Notes under the pieces: model-generated | What the model saw: only the letters and a program-made list of their open reading frames with translations | What the model was told of the DNA's origin: nothing | The model's database searches: none | In this document: positions 39,759-49,599 of the stretch, piece after piece | How positions within the stretch are numbered: position 1 is the first letter of the stretch | Layout: each line of letters begins with the position of its first letter | Assembly (NCBI GenBank): GCA_963707985.1 | Contig: CAVPRW010000025.1 | Coordinates: 64,001 to 128,000 of the forward strand | Length of the DNA: 64,000 bases | Source of the DNA: an uncultured Nitrospinota bacterium | Lineage (GTDB): Bacteria > Tectomicrobia > Entotheonellia > J063 > CAVPRW01 | Reading direction: 5' to 3' | Position numbers and translations under genes: made by a program

Positions 39759-40070
39759 CCATAGCCCCCACACGGTAACACGAACGTGGCTCGGCGGCCA
39801 TACCATTGATAAAAGCCAACGTTGACGATGTGGAGGCCAAAGGTGGTATGCGCGATGAGGTTCATCCTCACATGACCTCTCAAGATCATCAAAGGGGCAA
39901 CCCAGCAGCTTGCCTCTGAAGCACTGGCGCTGATCAGCTAGCACGGATCGATGTACCAGCGATATTGTGCCATGAATCTCTAGCAAAATGCTATGATATC
40001 GTGTGGTCCACCGGCCGGGGTGTCGAACCAATGACCAGCGATCGAAGGCGCGAAGAAGGAGTATACGCTG

Positions 40071-40685
40071 ATGGCAATGCCGGCTTTTGCGCGGCGCGTG
40101 AGTAAAGAGACGATCGGCTGTCCAAAGCCGTTCAATGCCTGTGCGGATCCTGTAATATGTAATGGTATGGGGCTATATTTGCAGGTGGCGGGCGAAGTCG
40201 TCACCGAGGCCTACTGGTGGTGTGGTGAATGCTCCGATGCCGAGCGAGCTATCCTGGAAATCGCCTGCCATTTGGTCTGCGGCAAGACATTTGATAACGT
40301 GCATCGGTTGGGTGTGCAGGCCTTTGCCGCCGCTGGGGGCAAGGCCGTCAACAACCTGGAGATGACCTGCGTACGGGTCTTGCTGGCCGTCGAGATGGCC
40401 CTTGTCGACCACGAGGTCAAGCGTGTCCTCGCCCCAAGGACCGAGCGGGACATTGATGTCAACCAAAAACTCAAACAGCTTGGATTTGTGGCACGCGATG
40501 GACAACAGCGGCTCAAGAAACTACTGGAGGGGAAGCTCGCACGCTTTCATTTGCAAGTTCCAACGGTGAAGACCCAGGAATGGACCGCCTTCGGGACCCT
40601 CGAGGACTGCAGCCGTTGGGTCCAGAGCGCCCTGAAGACGGCCTTGTTGAATGAGGTGATGGAGCGCTGTTATCCCTCGCCTTAG
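40071..40685 (+). CDS. Hypothetical protein: IscU/NifU-N-like domain plus ACP-like C-terminal domain
   Basis: RBS AAGGAG; DPVICNGMGLYLQV..EVVTEAYW.CGEC...LVCGKT...MTC resembles IscU; IDVNQKLKQLG...LQVP...GTLEDCSRWV resembles an ACP fold lacking the Ser. Confidence 0.6.
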   Translation: MAMPAFARRVSKETIGCPKPFNACADPVICNGMGLYLQVAGEVVTEAYWWCGECSDAERAILEIACHLVCGKTFDNVHRLGVQAFAAAGGKAVNNLEMTCVRVLLAVEMALVDHEVKRVLAPRTERDIDVNQKLKQLGFVARDGQQRLKKLLEGKLARFHLQVPTVKTQEWTAFGTLEDCSRWVQSALKTALLNEVMERCYPSP

Positions 40686-41803
40686 GAGGTTGGAGAGACC
40701 TGCTCAATGACTGTGAGGTCATACTGCTCGAGCATTTCCACTTTATCGGGGTTTGTCGTGAGCAAACGCAGCGTCCCGATACCCACGTCGCGCAGGCTCT
40801 GCGCGCCAATGCCATAGTCCCGTAAATCAAGCTCGTGCTCGGCAGCGTGAGGCAGTGTTTCGAACGCTGTCGGCGGGAGTACCTGGGGCTCTCGCCTGGG
40901 ATCCAGCGGGATGGTGCGCGCCTCGGGCTGCAAGTAGAGGATGGCGCCATGTCCCGCTTCCGCAATGCGTTTCAGGGAACCCGCGAGGTGAGCATGGCAG
41001 GCACAGAGTCCAGACCCAAAAACATCTCCCGCGATGCATTGGTTGTGGACACGCACCAGGCTGGGTGTATCAGGCGTGAACGTACCGACCATGAGGAGCA
41101 CATGCTGACGGCCGTCAACGCAGCTTTCATAGGTAATCGCTCGGAAGAATCCATAGGGGGTCGGCAGCGTCGCTTCTTCGATACGCCTGATATGACGCTC
41201 GTGGCGCAGGCGGTAGCGGATGATATCACTCAGGGGCACCATCTTCAGGTGAAACTGGCTGGCGAAGGCTATGAGTTCTGCCTTATGTGCCATGATGCCA
41301 TCTTCATTGAGGATCTCGCAGATCACGCCAGCAGGAGACAGTCCGGCAATCCGGGCTAAATCGACGGACCCTTCGGTCTGGCCAGCTCGTACCAGGATGC
41401 CCTTCTTCTCGGCACGGATCGGGAAAATATGGCCGGGACGCACTAAATCGTCAGGACCGGTCTGCGGGTCAATGGCCGTGAGAATCGTTTTCGCCCGGTC
41501 AGCGGCGGAAATGCCAGTGGTGACTCCCTTGGCGGCCTCAATGGAGACGGTGAACGCCGCCCCAGTGTAATCTGGTTCGTTACGGACCATGAGCGGCAGG
41601 TCGAGCTCGTCGATGCGCTCTGGGGTCATTGACAGGCAAATGAGGCCACGCCCATGCGTCGCCATAAAATTAATGGCATCGGAATTGACCGTTTCCGCGG
41701 CCATGACGAGGTCACCCGAGTAGCCATGTTCGTCGTCGACCAACACGATCATGCGACCTGCTTTGAACTCATGTATGGCATCCTCAACCGTGTCGAATTG
41801 CAT
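40682..41803 (-). CDS. RibBA-like bifunctional DHBP synthase/GTP cyclohydrolase II with degenerate motifs
   Basis: GRGLIC, AFTVSIEA..GVTTGISAADRA, RPGHIFP, VRVHNQCIAGDVFGS..C.C, RDYGIGAQ. Confidence 0.85.
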   Translation of the reverse strand: MQFDTVEDAIHEFKAGRMIVLVDDEHGYSGDLVMAAETVNSDAINFMATHGRGLICLSMTPERIDELDLPLMVRNEPDYTGAAFTVSIEAAKGVTTGISAADRAKTILTAIDPQTGPDDLVRPGHIFPIRAEKKGILVRAGQTEGSVDLARIAGLSPAGVICEILNEDGIMAHKAELIAFASQFHLKMVPLSDIIRYRLRHERHIRRIEEATLPTPYGFFRAITYESCVDGRQHVLLMVGTFTPDTPSLVRVHNQCIAGDVFGSGLCACHAHLAGSLKRIAEAGHGAILYLQPEARTIPLDPRREPQVLPPTAFETLPHAAEHELDLRDYGIGAQSLRDVGIGTLRLLTTNPDKVEMLEQYDLTVIEQVSPTS

Positions 41804-41971
41804 GATCTCAATTGTCCCCCTCTGCCGCTCAACTGCATGCTCTCTGGGTCGGCTCGTGGTAGTGCAGACCGCATCGTTGCTCGATCGTGTTAGAACGTTG
41901 ATAACACCACCGCGGCGCAGCTGTCAAGGGAAATTCGGGATTGCGGCGCAGCGCAGGGGGGTCCTCGCCGG

Positions 41972-41999
41972 TTGACATCATTCTGGGGGGCGCTATAAT
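41972..41999 (+). promoter_or_regulatory. Putative sigma70 promoter for queF
   Basis: TTGACA-16 nt-TATAAT. Confidence 0.7.
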
Positions 42000-42068
42000 G
42001 TCGGACGTTTCGCGGTGCGCAAGCGAGCTGGACAGCATGTGAAGCCTTAATGGGTTGGGAGTCACCTC

Positions 42069-42476
42069 GTGGAGATATCGAGTACGGGCACAGGCTACAC
42101 TGACGCTCACGCACGTGCTGGAATCGATGCAGAGCTCCCAGCCATCGATGTCTGGCCGAATCAATTCCGCGGTTACGAGATCACCATTGCCATTCCCGAA
42201 TATACCTCGATTTGCCCCAAGACAGGCCTTCCCGACCTGGGCACGATCACCATCCGGTATAGGCCTGCCGAGCAGTGTCTAGAATTGAAGGCGCTCAAAT
42301 ACTACATTTTGGCCTATCGCAATCTCGGGATTTTCTACGAGAACGCCGTCAACCGCATCCTACGCGACATCGTGGCTGCCTGCCAGCCGGTCTGGGCGGT
42401 GGTGACGGGCGAGTTTAATGTCCGCGGCGGCATGCGCACGGTCATCGAGGCCAAATATCCGCTCCCCTCGCTTTAG
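42069..42476 (+). CDS. queF: NADPH-dependent 7-cyano-7-deazaguanine reductase (preQ1 synthase)
   Basis: PEYTSICPKTGLPD, ELKALKYY, GIFYE, FNVRGG. Confidence 0.93.
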   Translation: MEISSTGTGYTDAHARAGIDAELPAIDVWPNQFRGYEITIAIPEYTSICPKTGLPDLGTITIRYRPAEQCLELKALKYYILAYRNLGIFYENAVNRILRDIVAACQPVWAVVTGEFNVRGGMRTVIEAKYPLPSL

Positions 42477-43253
42477 TACATCACCAATCCGCCGTCGACA
42501 TTGAACGCCTGCCCGGTAATCTGCTCGGCGTCGGACGACGCCAGGAAGGCGGCCATGGCCGCGATGTCGTCCGGTTGGTTGCGGCGTCCGATGGGAATTT
42601 GTGCCTCACGGGTCTTAATGGCTTCGTCGACCGATACCCCCATCAGTTTGGCGCGCCCGGTGGTCGCCATCAGCGACATGTCGGTCACGGTAGTGCCGGG
42701 ACAGATGGCGTTGACGTTGATATGGTAGGGGGCGAGCACGACTGCGGCGCTCTTGGTCATGTGAATCACCCCGGCTTTGCTCACTCCATAGTGCAAGAAG
42801 TGGGGCTCCGGTTGCTTGCCAGAAATGGACGCGGTATTGATGATCTTGCCGCTATGGCGTTTGATCATTTCACGTCGCCACAGCCTGCATGACGAAAAAG
42901 ACGCCTTTGGTGTTGACAGCCAGGATGAAATCCCAATCGGCCTCAGTGATATCGAACATGTCCTGGAATCGTAGCACGCCGGCATTGTTACACAGCACAT
43001 CGATACGTTTGAACTGCTCAATGGTTTGGCCAACCATGCGTTGAATGTCGGACTGCTGCGTCACATCCACCTTGAGCCCAAGACACGGTTGTCCCAATTC
43101 ACGAACCGCTGCCGCCGTGCTTTCCGCCAACGCTGGCTCGATATCGGCCGCCACGATATGCGCGCCCTCCTGCGCAAAGCGCAGCGCCATCGCGCGTCCA
43201 ATGCCACGTCCGGCTCCTGTGATCAGCACCACGTTGTTGCTGAATCGTGCCAT
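42473..43253 (-). pseudogene. SDR-family oxidoreductase, frameshifted at ~42875 (possibly a sequence error)
   Basis: TGAGRGIG and NNAG in 42870-43253; YGVSK, NAICPG, ITGQ..NVDGG in 42473-43033; one extra base in GTGGCGACGTGAA. Confidence 0.88.
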
Positions 43254-44440
43254 GCGCGCCTCTCCTTCGAGTTGAGTAACGCTGCCCGAGTGATCGCCTG
43301 CGGGCCGAAGCGGGCTCTGATGGCGTCTTCGGCGCGTTCAGCCTGCAGGCGCTTGTGTGAGGCCTCAGCAAAAAGGGACAGCTGAGACTGTACGAGCGGG
43401 GTCAGCTCTGCAACGGTGATCCCCAGGAGGCGGACCTTGCGCCGTGCCGTCGGTAGCTGGCTCAGTAGCCTTGAGACCGCGTCGTAGAGGTCCATGGCTA
43501 CCGCTGTCGGCTCTGCGAGCGACTGTGTGCGCGTGAGCGTCGCGAAGGCGGCATCGCGGTATTTCAACGTGACCTTTGTCGTCATCCATCCTTTAGCGCG
43601 CAGGCGTTGCCCCACCTTGTCGGCGAGTTCGAGGAGCGTGCGATGCAAGGCCTCGACGTCATCCGTATCCTCGGCGAAGGTCGTCTCGGCTCCAATGGAT
43701 TGCGGCTCTCGATGCGAGGTCACGGGGCGATCATCGAGGCCATGCGCCAGTCGCCAGATATGGGCCCCGAGACTACCAAACCGCTTGGAGAGGCGTGTCT
43801 CTGACCACTGTGCTACCTGTCCGATAGTGCGCAATCCCAACGCTTCGAGCCGATGAGCCGTGTGTTTGCCGACCCCCCACAGCCGACTCACGGGCAAATC
43901 GCGTACAAACGACTCGACCTCGGTCGCATCCAGAACCAGAAACCCATCCGGTTTGCTCAGATCGGAAGCCAACTTGGCCAAGAACTTATTGGGTGCCACG
44001 CCCACTGAGGCCACCAGACCCTCATCTCGCCGAATATCCTGCTTGATGCACCGAGCGATCTCCTCAACCGTCCCAAATAGCCGAGTGCTGTTGGTGACGT
44101 CGAGGAACGCCTCATCGATGCTGAGCGGCTCCACGACATCGGTGTAGCGCTCGAAAATGGCGAAAATACGTTCGGACACCTGATGATAGTGCGCCATGCG
44201 GACCGGCAAAAAGATGGCCTGGGGACATAAGCGGTAAGCCTGAGAGATGGGCATAGCGGAGTGTACACCGAAGGGGCGCGCCTCATAGGACGCCGTCGAT
44301 ACCACACCCCGTCCTCTGCCTCGCTTGGGATCGGCACCGACAATGACCGGCCGCCCACGGTATTGCGGACGATCGCGCTGTTCTATAGCGGCGTAAAAGG
44401 CATCCATGTCGATGTGGACGATGCGCCGCATTTCCGCCAT
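43223..44440 (-). CDS. dinB: DNA polymerase IV (Y family)
   Basis: HIDMDAFYA, SYEARPFGV.SAM, SIDEAFLD, NKFLAKLASD..KPDG. Confidence 0.95.
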   Translation of the reverse strand: MAEMRRIVHIDMDAFYAAIEQRDRPQYRGRPVIVGADPKRGRGRGVVSTASYEARPFGVHSAMPISQAYRLCPQAIFLPVRMAHYHQVSERIFAIFERYTDVVEPLSIDEAFLDVTNSTRLFGTVEEIARCIKQDIRRDEGLVASVGVAPNKFLAKLASDLSKPDGFLVLDATEVESFVRDLPVSRLWGVGKHTAHRLEALGLRTIGQVAQWSETRLSKRFGSLGAHIWRLAHGLDDRPVTSHREPQSIGAETTFAEDTDDVEALHRTLLELADKVGQRLRAKGWMTTKVTLKYRDAAFATLTRTQSLAEPTAVAMDLYDAVSRLLSQLPTARRKVRLLGITVAELTPLVQSQLSLFAEASHKRLQAERAEDAIRARFGPQAITRAALLNSKERRAWHDSATTWC

Positions 44441-44461
44441 CTCGCCTCCGAGCCGCTAACG

Positions 44462-45307
44462 CTATCGGGAGCTGTACTCAGATGACTGCGGCCCGTATGA
44501 GTGCCCCCTATTGCCGGCGCTGCAGTGCTGCCTCGACCAGGGGTCCGGAGATCGATGCGCCGCACGTTCATCTGTGCGCGATACCCCCGCCTCGAATTGC
44601 ACCAGCGCCACATGTCCGTCGGCGCCAGGCGCTCCAGGGAAGAACCCCGGGGCTCCGGAATAGTATGCCGTGACCGGACCTTGCGACACGTCGGCGAACG
44701 CATGACAATGTCCCAGCGCGACGTAATCCCAGCCTGAGGCACGGATTTCCGCGGCATAGATCGGTGAGGAACGATACGACGGCACATCCTCTTCCATGAA
44801 AAACCCGTGGCCAAGCGCAATGTGCCAGGCGTCTCCCTGCGGGCGGGGGAGCCCCCCCAGCGGACGATAGCTCGGCTCGTGCTCCACCATGCCACGTCCC
44901 CAGAGCACCACATTGGGGGCAGCCAGTTGATGCTGCTCGCCGTTTGGATGAGTGATCAACAGCAGATTGGGACACGCCGCCGGCAGGTTCACCTGGCGGT
45001 AGATGGATTGGATGTTCAGACAGTCGTGGTTGCCGGGGATCATGACGATCGGTCGGCCGGCGCGGCGCAGTTCCTGAATGGCGAAATCGACCACATCCCC
45101 ACTCGGCCGATTCGAATCGAACAGATCTCCCGCGATCAGCAACAGGTCGACATTTTCCTGAATGGCGAGATCGATGACGGTGCTGAACGCCTGGTGATTG
45201 ATGTGACGACAGCTTGGCGTGTGCGAATCGGAGACGTAGCCATCAAGATCAAGATGCACATCCGCCGTATGTAAGATGTTGAGGGTCTGTCGAGGTGTCT
45301 GTGTCAC
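44462..45307 (-). CDS. SbcD/Mre11-like metallophosphoesterase nuclease (C-terminus uncertain)
   Basis: LHTADVHL, IAGDLFD, PGNHD, GHG, DYVALGHCH, YSGAP. GTG start after AGGAAGG. Confidence 0.85.
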   Translation of the reverse strand: MTQTPRQTLNILHTADVHLDLDGYVSDSHTPSCRHINHQAFSTVIDLAIQENVDLLLIAGDLFDSNRPSGDVVDFAIQELRRAGRPIVMIPGNHDCLNIQSIYRQVNLPAACPNLLLITHPNGEQHQLAAPNVVLWGRGMVEHEPSYRPLGGLPRPQGDAWHIALGHGFFMEEDVPSYRSSPIYAAEIRASGWDYVALGHCHAFADVSQGPVTAYYSGAPGFFPGAPGADGHVALVQFEAGVSRTDERAAHRSPDPWSRQHCSAGNRGHSYGPQSSEYSSR

Positions 45308-45359
45308 GAGTGCCTTCCTGTCCTTCCGAGCCAAAGTCCACCGGCCCGGATGGCTCACA

Positions 45360-46031
45360 TTACACTGGCCACTGCTCCTGACGATAGGCCATGTCCCAGA
45401 ATGCGTGCTCAAATCGGCTGCTGGTGAGAAATGCTTCCTCGATGCGCTGTAACTCTTCCTGTGGCATCCCTGCCGCCAGCCGATCCATCAGGTCCCTGAT
45501 CCACTCCGTCAGCTCCACGAATTCGGCAGCCGAATACATACGAATCCACTTCACATAGCGTGGGTCCGCAGGCATACCTTGCTTCGCCAGCGTCAAGCCG
45601 ATTTCGCAGAACCCCCACATGCAAGGAAGCAAGGCTCCTACCAGCTCTGGAAAGCTCCCGAACGTGGCGGTGCGCAACAGGAAATCGGTATAGCCTTGAC
45701 AGGTTGGAGCCTTCCGGGTCTTTTCCAGCTCTTCTGCGGAGATGCCCCATTCACGCGCATAGGAGCGATGCAGGTCCATTTCGACGTCCAGAACCGCATG
45801 GACCATCTCGGCGAACTTAGTCATCGTCTGCAGATCAGGCGCCTTGGCGACGGCTATGGCGAACAGTCGGGCATAATCGATCAGATAGAGGTAGTCCTGT
45901 TTAACCCAGTGTTTAAACTGTTCGACATCCAGTGTGCCGTCGCCAATGCCTCGCACGAATGGGTGATGACGCTGCGCCTCCCAGATAGGCGCCGCCCGGC
46001 GGTGCAGATAGTCGGCAAAGCGTTCAGCCAT
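45360..46031 (-). CDS. tenA: Thiaminase II / TenA
   Basis: HPFVRGIGDGTL, QDYLYL, EMDLH, LLPCMWG, YVKWI..Y, FWDMAY. Confidence 0.92.
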   Translation of the reverse strand: MAERFADYLHRRAAPIWEAQRHHPFVRGIGDGTLDVEQFKHWVKQDYLYLIDYARLFAIAVAKAPDLQTMTKFAEMVHAVLDVEMDLHRSYAREWGISAEELEKTRKAPTCQGYTDFLLRTATFGSFPELVGALLPCMWGFCEIGLTLAKQGMPADPRYVKWIRMYSAAEFVELTEWIRDLMDRLAAGMPQEELQRIEEAFLTSSRFEHAFWDMAYRQEQWPV

Positions 46032-46089
46032 GACATGCCTCTCCGATGTGATGCCTGCAGCGCAGAGCCCAGGATAACCGCTCATGGAC

Positions 46090-46569
46090 TCACGCGACCA
46101 GTCTACCTACATTGCTCTCAACAAGCTCCCAAAAGGCTCTGCCCTTGGCGCTGATCGTCTCGGGATATGGGGTGCCTAGGGCTAATTTCTTCCCCCTCAG
46201 ATGCTGCAACGCTGCCAGGATGGCGCGTGCTGCCGTGATGACCGTGGTGCCGGTGAGCGAGGTCAGACGGTCGATGAGTTGAAGCTCGTGAGCGAAGCCA
46301 GTGGCGTAACTGGAGGCGGTATGGGCCAAAATGACCACCGCTGGAGCCACAATACTCAGCGCCTTGGCGGGGCCTGGGAGTTCCTCCAGATACGCCAACG
46401 TCCGTGCTTCCATGTTGGCTGCCGCCCCCGGTGTATTGGCAGCCTGAAACCCCTGCAAGCGAGCGAAGTGGATCGTCACTCCCTCAGGTGTCATCTGGTA
46501 AAACTCCGGCTCGACCGTTGGATTACCCGGGGGGAGCAACACTCCGATCCGAGCTCGCCAACCGAACAT
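46090..46569 (-). pseudogene. Maleate cis-trans isomerase/arylmalonate decarboxylase-family protein, C-terminally truncated
   Basis: GWRARIGVLLPPGNPTVEPE, LALGTPY; ends at 159 aa without the C-terminal part that carries the second catalytic Cys. Confidence 0.7.
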
Positions 46570-46996
46570 CGATATGCCTCCTCAGACGATGCTGCGTCAC
46601 AAGCGCGGGGCCGTGAGTAGCGAGGACCGGATAATCATCACTCGCCACCTGCAACTCGGAGCTCATGCTGGGTGCGGCATGCACCAGAAGGTGCGGCATG
46701 CACCAGAATCTGATCGCCAGGACGGTGGCAAACGCTGTCATGCGTCAACCAGCGCTGTTGCGCCAGGCGTGCACCTGGCCTTCATGTACACTAGCTATGC
46801 CCTGATTGCAAGGAAAATTCATGGTGGAGGCGATTCTTGCCATACTCAAGGGAGACCGTTGGCAAGAAGGCAGTGAGAACGGCGCTCGCCGTCTGCCGGG
46901 GTGAGATGAACCTTCCTATTGTAGCTCGTCGTCCCGTGTCACACCCTACTTCAGAGCTCTGGGAGCGGACCTGAGACCAGACGAGCAGAATTGCCG

Positions 46997-47025
46997 TTGA
47001 CACGTCAGCCGGGCTTTTCTACAAT
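46997..47025 (+). promoter_or_regulatory. sigma70 promoter of leader A (dppD-dppF)
   Basis: TTGACA-17 nt-TACAAT. Confidence 0.8.
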
Positions 47026-47094
47026 AGCTTGTCGATCTTTTCGGATCTGACGTTGTGCTGCTCACGATCTGCTGCTCGCAACAGGAGCACGCAC

Positions 47095-47200
47095 ATGAAC
47101 TCACCCTCCACCTCGCGTGCGATTGACGCCTGAACCGATCGTTCGCTCGCCAGCCTGCACCCCATTTCTGCTGAGGCCCCAACTCCTCACCCGCATCTAA
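47095..47200 (+). CDS. Putative leader peptide A (34 aa after removing one base between 47098 and ~47130), ending ...CTPFLLRPQLLTRI
   Basis: RBS ACAGGAG, ATG at 47095. The +1 frame is open from 47099 to the TAA at 47198-47200 and carries F-x-L-R-P-Q-L-L-T, shared with leaders B and C. Removing one A from ATGAAC gives MTHPPPRVRLTPEPIVRSPACTPFLLRPQLLTRI. Confidence 0.65.
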
Positions 47201-47485
47201 TCCCCTCCTGCAAGGAGGGCCTGGGCGCCAGGGACCACCGACGGCGCATGTGCAAGTCCCCGACTAGTTGCAGGAGCACCCGGTCCATAAGCCCTCACCA
47301 GGGCTTCGCCAACAGGCCACATCTGCATGCGGTAACAGAAACAGAAGACGTCAGGGACAAGGTCCAGGTCCCCGAACCACCGCACCAGGACCGCGACAGT
47401 GGCATGACTGACTCGTGAATGCTCGATGGTCCTGTGTACTGTGAGGACCCCTTGAGACCTTGGAACTGGCCATGAGGAGGAGAGT

Positions 47486-48462
47486 ATGCGCGCAGGCGAC
47501 GAGGTGATCCTCCAGGTTGAGGAGCTTACCACCCGCTTTCATCTGAAGCGCGGCATCTTGGTGGCAGTCGATCGCGTGTCATTCGCGATCAAACCCGGCG
47601 AAACGTTTGGCTTGGTGGGCGAGTCAGGCTGTGGCAAGAGTGTGACGGCCCGCTCGATCATGCGCCTGATTTCCATCCCGCCGGGGGAGATCGCCTCGGG
47701 CCGGATCGTCTTCGCAGGGAGAGGACCTTTTAGGCAAATCAGCCGCGGGAGATGCGCGGCATTCGCGGCAAACGCATCGCCATGGTCTTCCAAGAACCGA
47801 TGACGGCGCTCAACCCGGTCTTTCCTGTCAGCACGCAGATCGCCGATGGGCTGCGCAACAATCTCGGTCTCACCCGCCGGCAGGCCCGCCAACGCGTGAT
47901 CGAACTGTTGCGCTTGGTGGGCATCCCTTCCGCGGAGAAGCGCATGGACGACTATGTCCATCAATTCAGCGGCGGGATGCGACAGCGTGTCATGCTCGCC
48001 ATGGCCCTGTCCTGTGACCCGCAGTTTCTCATTGCCGATGAACCGACAACGGCACTGGACGTCACGATACAGGCGCAAATTTTGGATCTCATTCGGCAAA
48101 TGATCGAGCGCTTCGAGATGGCATTGCTATTCATTACCCACAACCTGGGAGTCGTGGCGCATATGTGCGACACCATCGGCGTGATGTACGCCTCCCACCT
48201 GGTCGAGCTGACAGACACCAAGACGTTGTTTGCCGAACCACTCCATCCATACACCTGGGGATTGCTGAATTCAATCCCCCGTGTCGAGACGCGGCATCGG
48301 TACCTCAATCCGATTCAAGGCACGATCTGCAACATGCTGGCGCCACCCACTGGCTGTAATTTCCACCCCCGTTGCGAAAGGGCCATGGATATCTGTCGAC
48401 GTGAGGTTCCGCCGCTACGGGAGGTGGCTCCAGGTCACAAAGTGGCATGCCACTTGTACTGA
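47486..48462 (+). pseudogene. ABC ATPase DppD/OppD type, frameshifted near 47717-47749 (probably sequence errors)
   Basis: GESGCGKS in 47486-47803; [28 protein letters not shown] in 47752-48462. Removing one G from each GGG (47717-19, 47747-49) restores [13 protein letters not shown]. Confidence 0.9.
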
Positions 48463-48509
48463 GGGCGAAAGGCTGATGCCATTCTGCTTTAACTGGGGGG
48501 AAAGCCGCG

Positions 48510-49490
48510 GTGATAAATTCACACTTTCTCGAGGTTACTGGATTGACGAAACATTATCCCATCCGCACCGACTGGCTCGCACGCCTGACCGGGAGAACTG
48601 CCGTGCTGAAGGCGGTGGATGGCATTGATTTTTACGTCAAGCGCGGCGAGACCTTGGGCCTCGTGGGTGAGAGTGGATGTGGCAAATCGACGACAGCGAG
48701 GTTAGTCGCACGGCTTCTCGATCCGACGGCGGGATCGGCCTATTTACAAGGGACGAATATCTTCACATTAACCCCTGCAGAGGTCCACAAGCTGCGGAAA
48801 GCCGTACAGTTTGTCTTCCAAGACCCCTACAGCTCGCTCAATCCTCGTAAAACGATCATGCAGATTCTGAGTCGCCCGCTGGAAGTGCATGATCTCGCCC
48901 ATAGCTTCCTGCAAAAGCGCCAACGGGTCATCGAGCTGTTGACCATGGTCGGGTTGGGGGCTGAGCATGCAGATCGCTACCCACACGAGTTCAGCGGTGG
49001 GCAACGGCAGCGCATCGCCATTGCCAGGGCTCTAGCTGTCTCCCCCGAGCTGGTCATCGCCGACGAGCCGGTGTCGGCGCTCGACGTATCCATTCAAGCG
49101 CAGATCTTAAATCTGTTCCGGCAGCTCCAGGAGGAGCTCCAGCTGACCTATCTGTTCATCGCCCATGACCTCAGTGTCATTCGCCACATCAGCGACCGCG
49201 TGGCCGTGATGTATATAGGCAAGATCGTCGAGACGGGAACGGTGGAGCAGATCTTTGAGGCGCCGATGCACCCGTATACGAATGCCTTGCTGGCGGCAGT
49301 GCCGTTGCCCGATCCGGTGGCACCCTCCCCGCGCCTCACCCTCAGCGGCGAGGTGGTCAGTCCCATCAACCCGCCAGGTGGGTGCCGGCTCTATGGTCGT
49401 TGCCCCCTGGGGGGCCCCGAGTGCGCCGAGATCGACCCGGAACTCAGGGATCGGGGCGGGGAGCACTTCGTGGCTTGTCATAAGGTCTAA
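48510..49490 (+). CDS. ABC ATPase DppF/OppF type
   Basis: [40 protein letters not shown]-terminus. Confidence 0.94.
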   Translation: MINSHFLEVTGLTKHYPIRTDWLARLTGRTAVLKAVDGIDFYVKRGETLGLVGESGCGKSTTARLVARLLDPTAGSAYLQGTNIFTLTPAEVHKLRKAVQFVFQDPYSSLNPRKTIMQILSRPLEVHDLAHSFLQKRQRVIELLTMVGLGAEHADRYPHEFSGGQRQRIAIARALAVSPELVIADEPVSALDVSIQAQILNLFRQLQEELQLTYLFIAHDLSVIRHISDRVAVMYIGKIVETGTVEQIFEAPMHPYTNALLAAVPLPDPVAPSPRLTLSGEVVSPINPPGGCRLYGRCPLGGPECAEIDPELRDRGGEHFVACHKV

Positions 49491-49523
49491 GTACCAGGCG
49501 CTGAAAATATTTCCCTGGTTCTT

Positions 49524-49565
49524 TCACCCCCCACCTCCCCTTCGGGGGAGGGCGGGGAGGGGTGA
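49524..49565. terminator. GC-rich hairpin (cUUCGg loop) between convergent genes; REP-like
   Basis: CCTCCCC-TTCG-GGGGAGG inside TCACCCC...GGGGTGA. Confidence 0.55.
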
Positions 49566-49599
49566 GTGGGTGAATTGTGGCGTACGACGCTCAGGCCGC

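Noticed and set aside
39336..40031. 231-aa track ORF
   Set aside because: Composite of non-coding sequence and a decayed DUF488 remnant; only the MTIYTIGH segment looks genuine.
47030..47485. Known riboswitch (cobalamin, TPP, SAM, T-box) in the long leaders
   Set aside because: I could not find the B12-box, TPP or T-box consensus motifs in any of the three leaders by eye; an Rfam scan would settle it.
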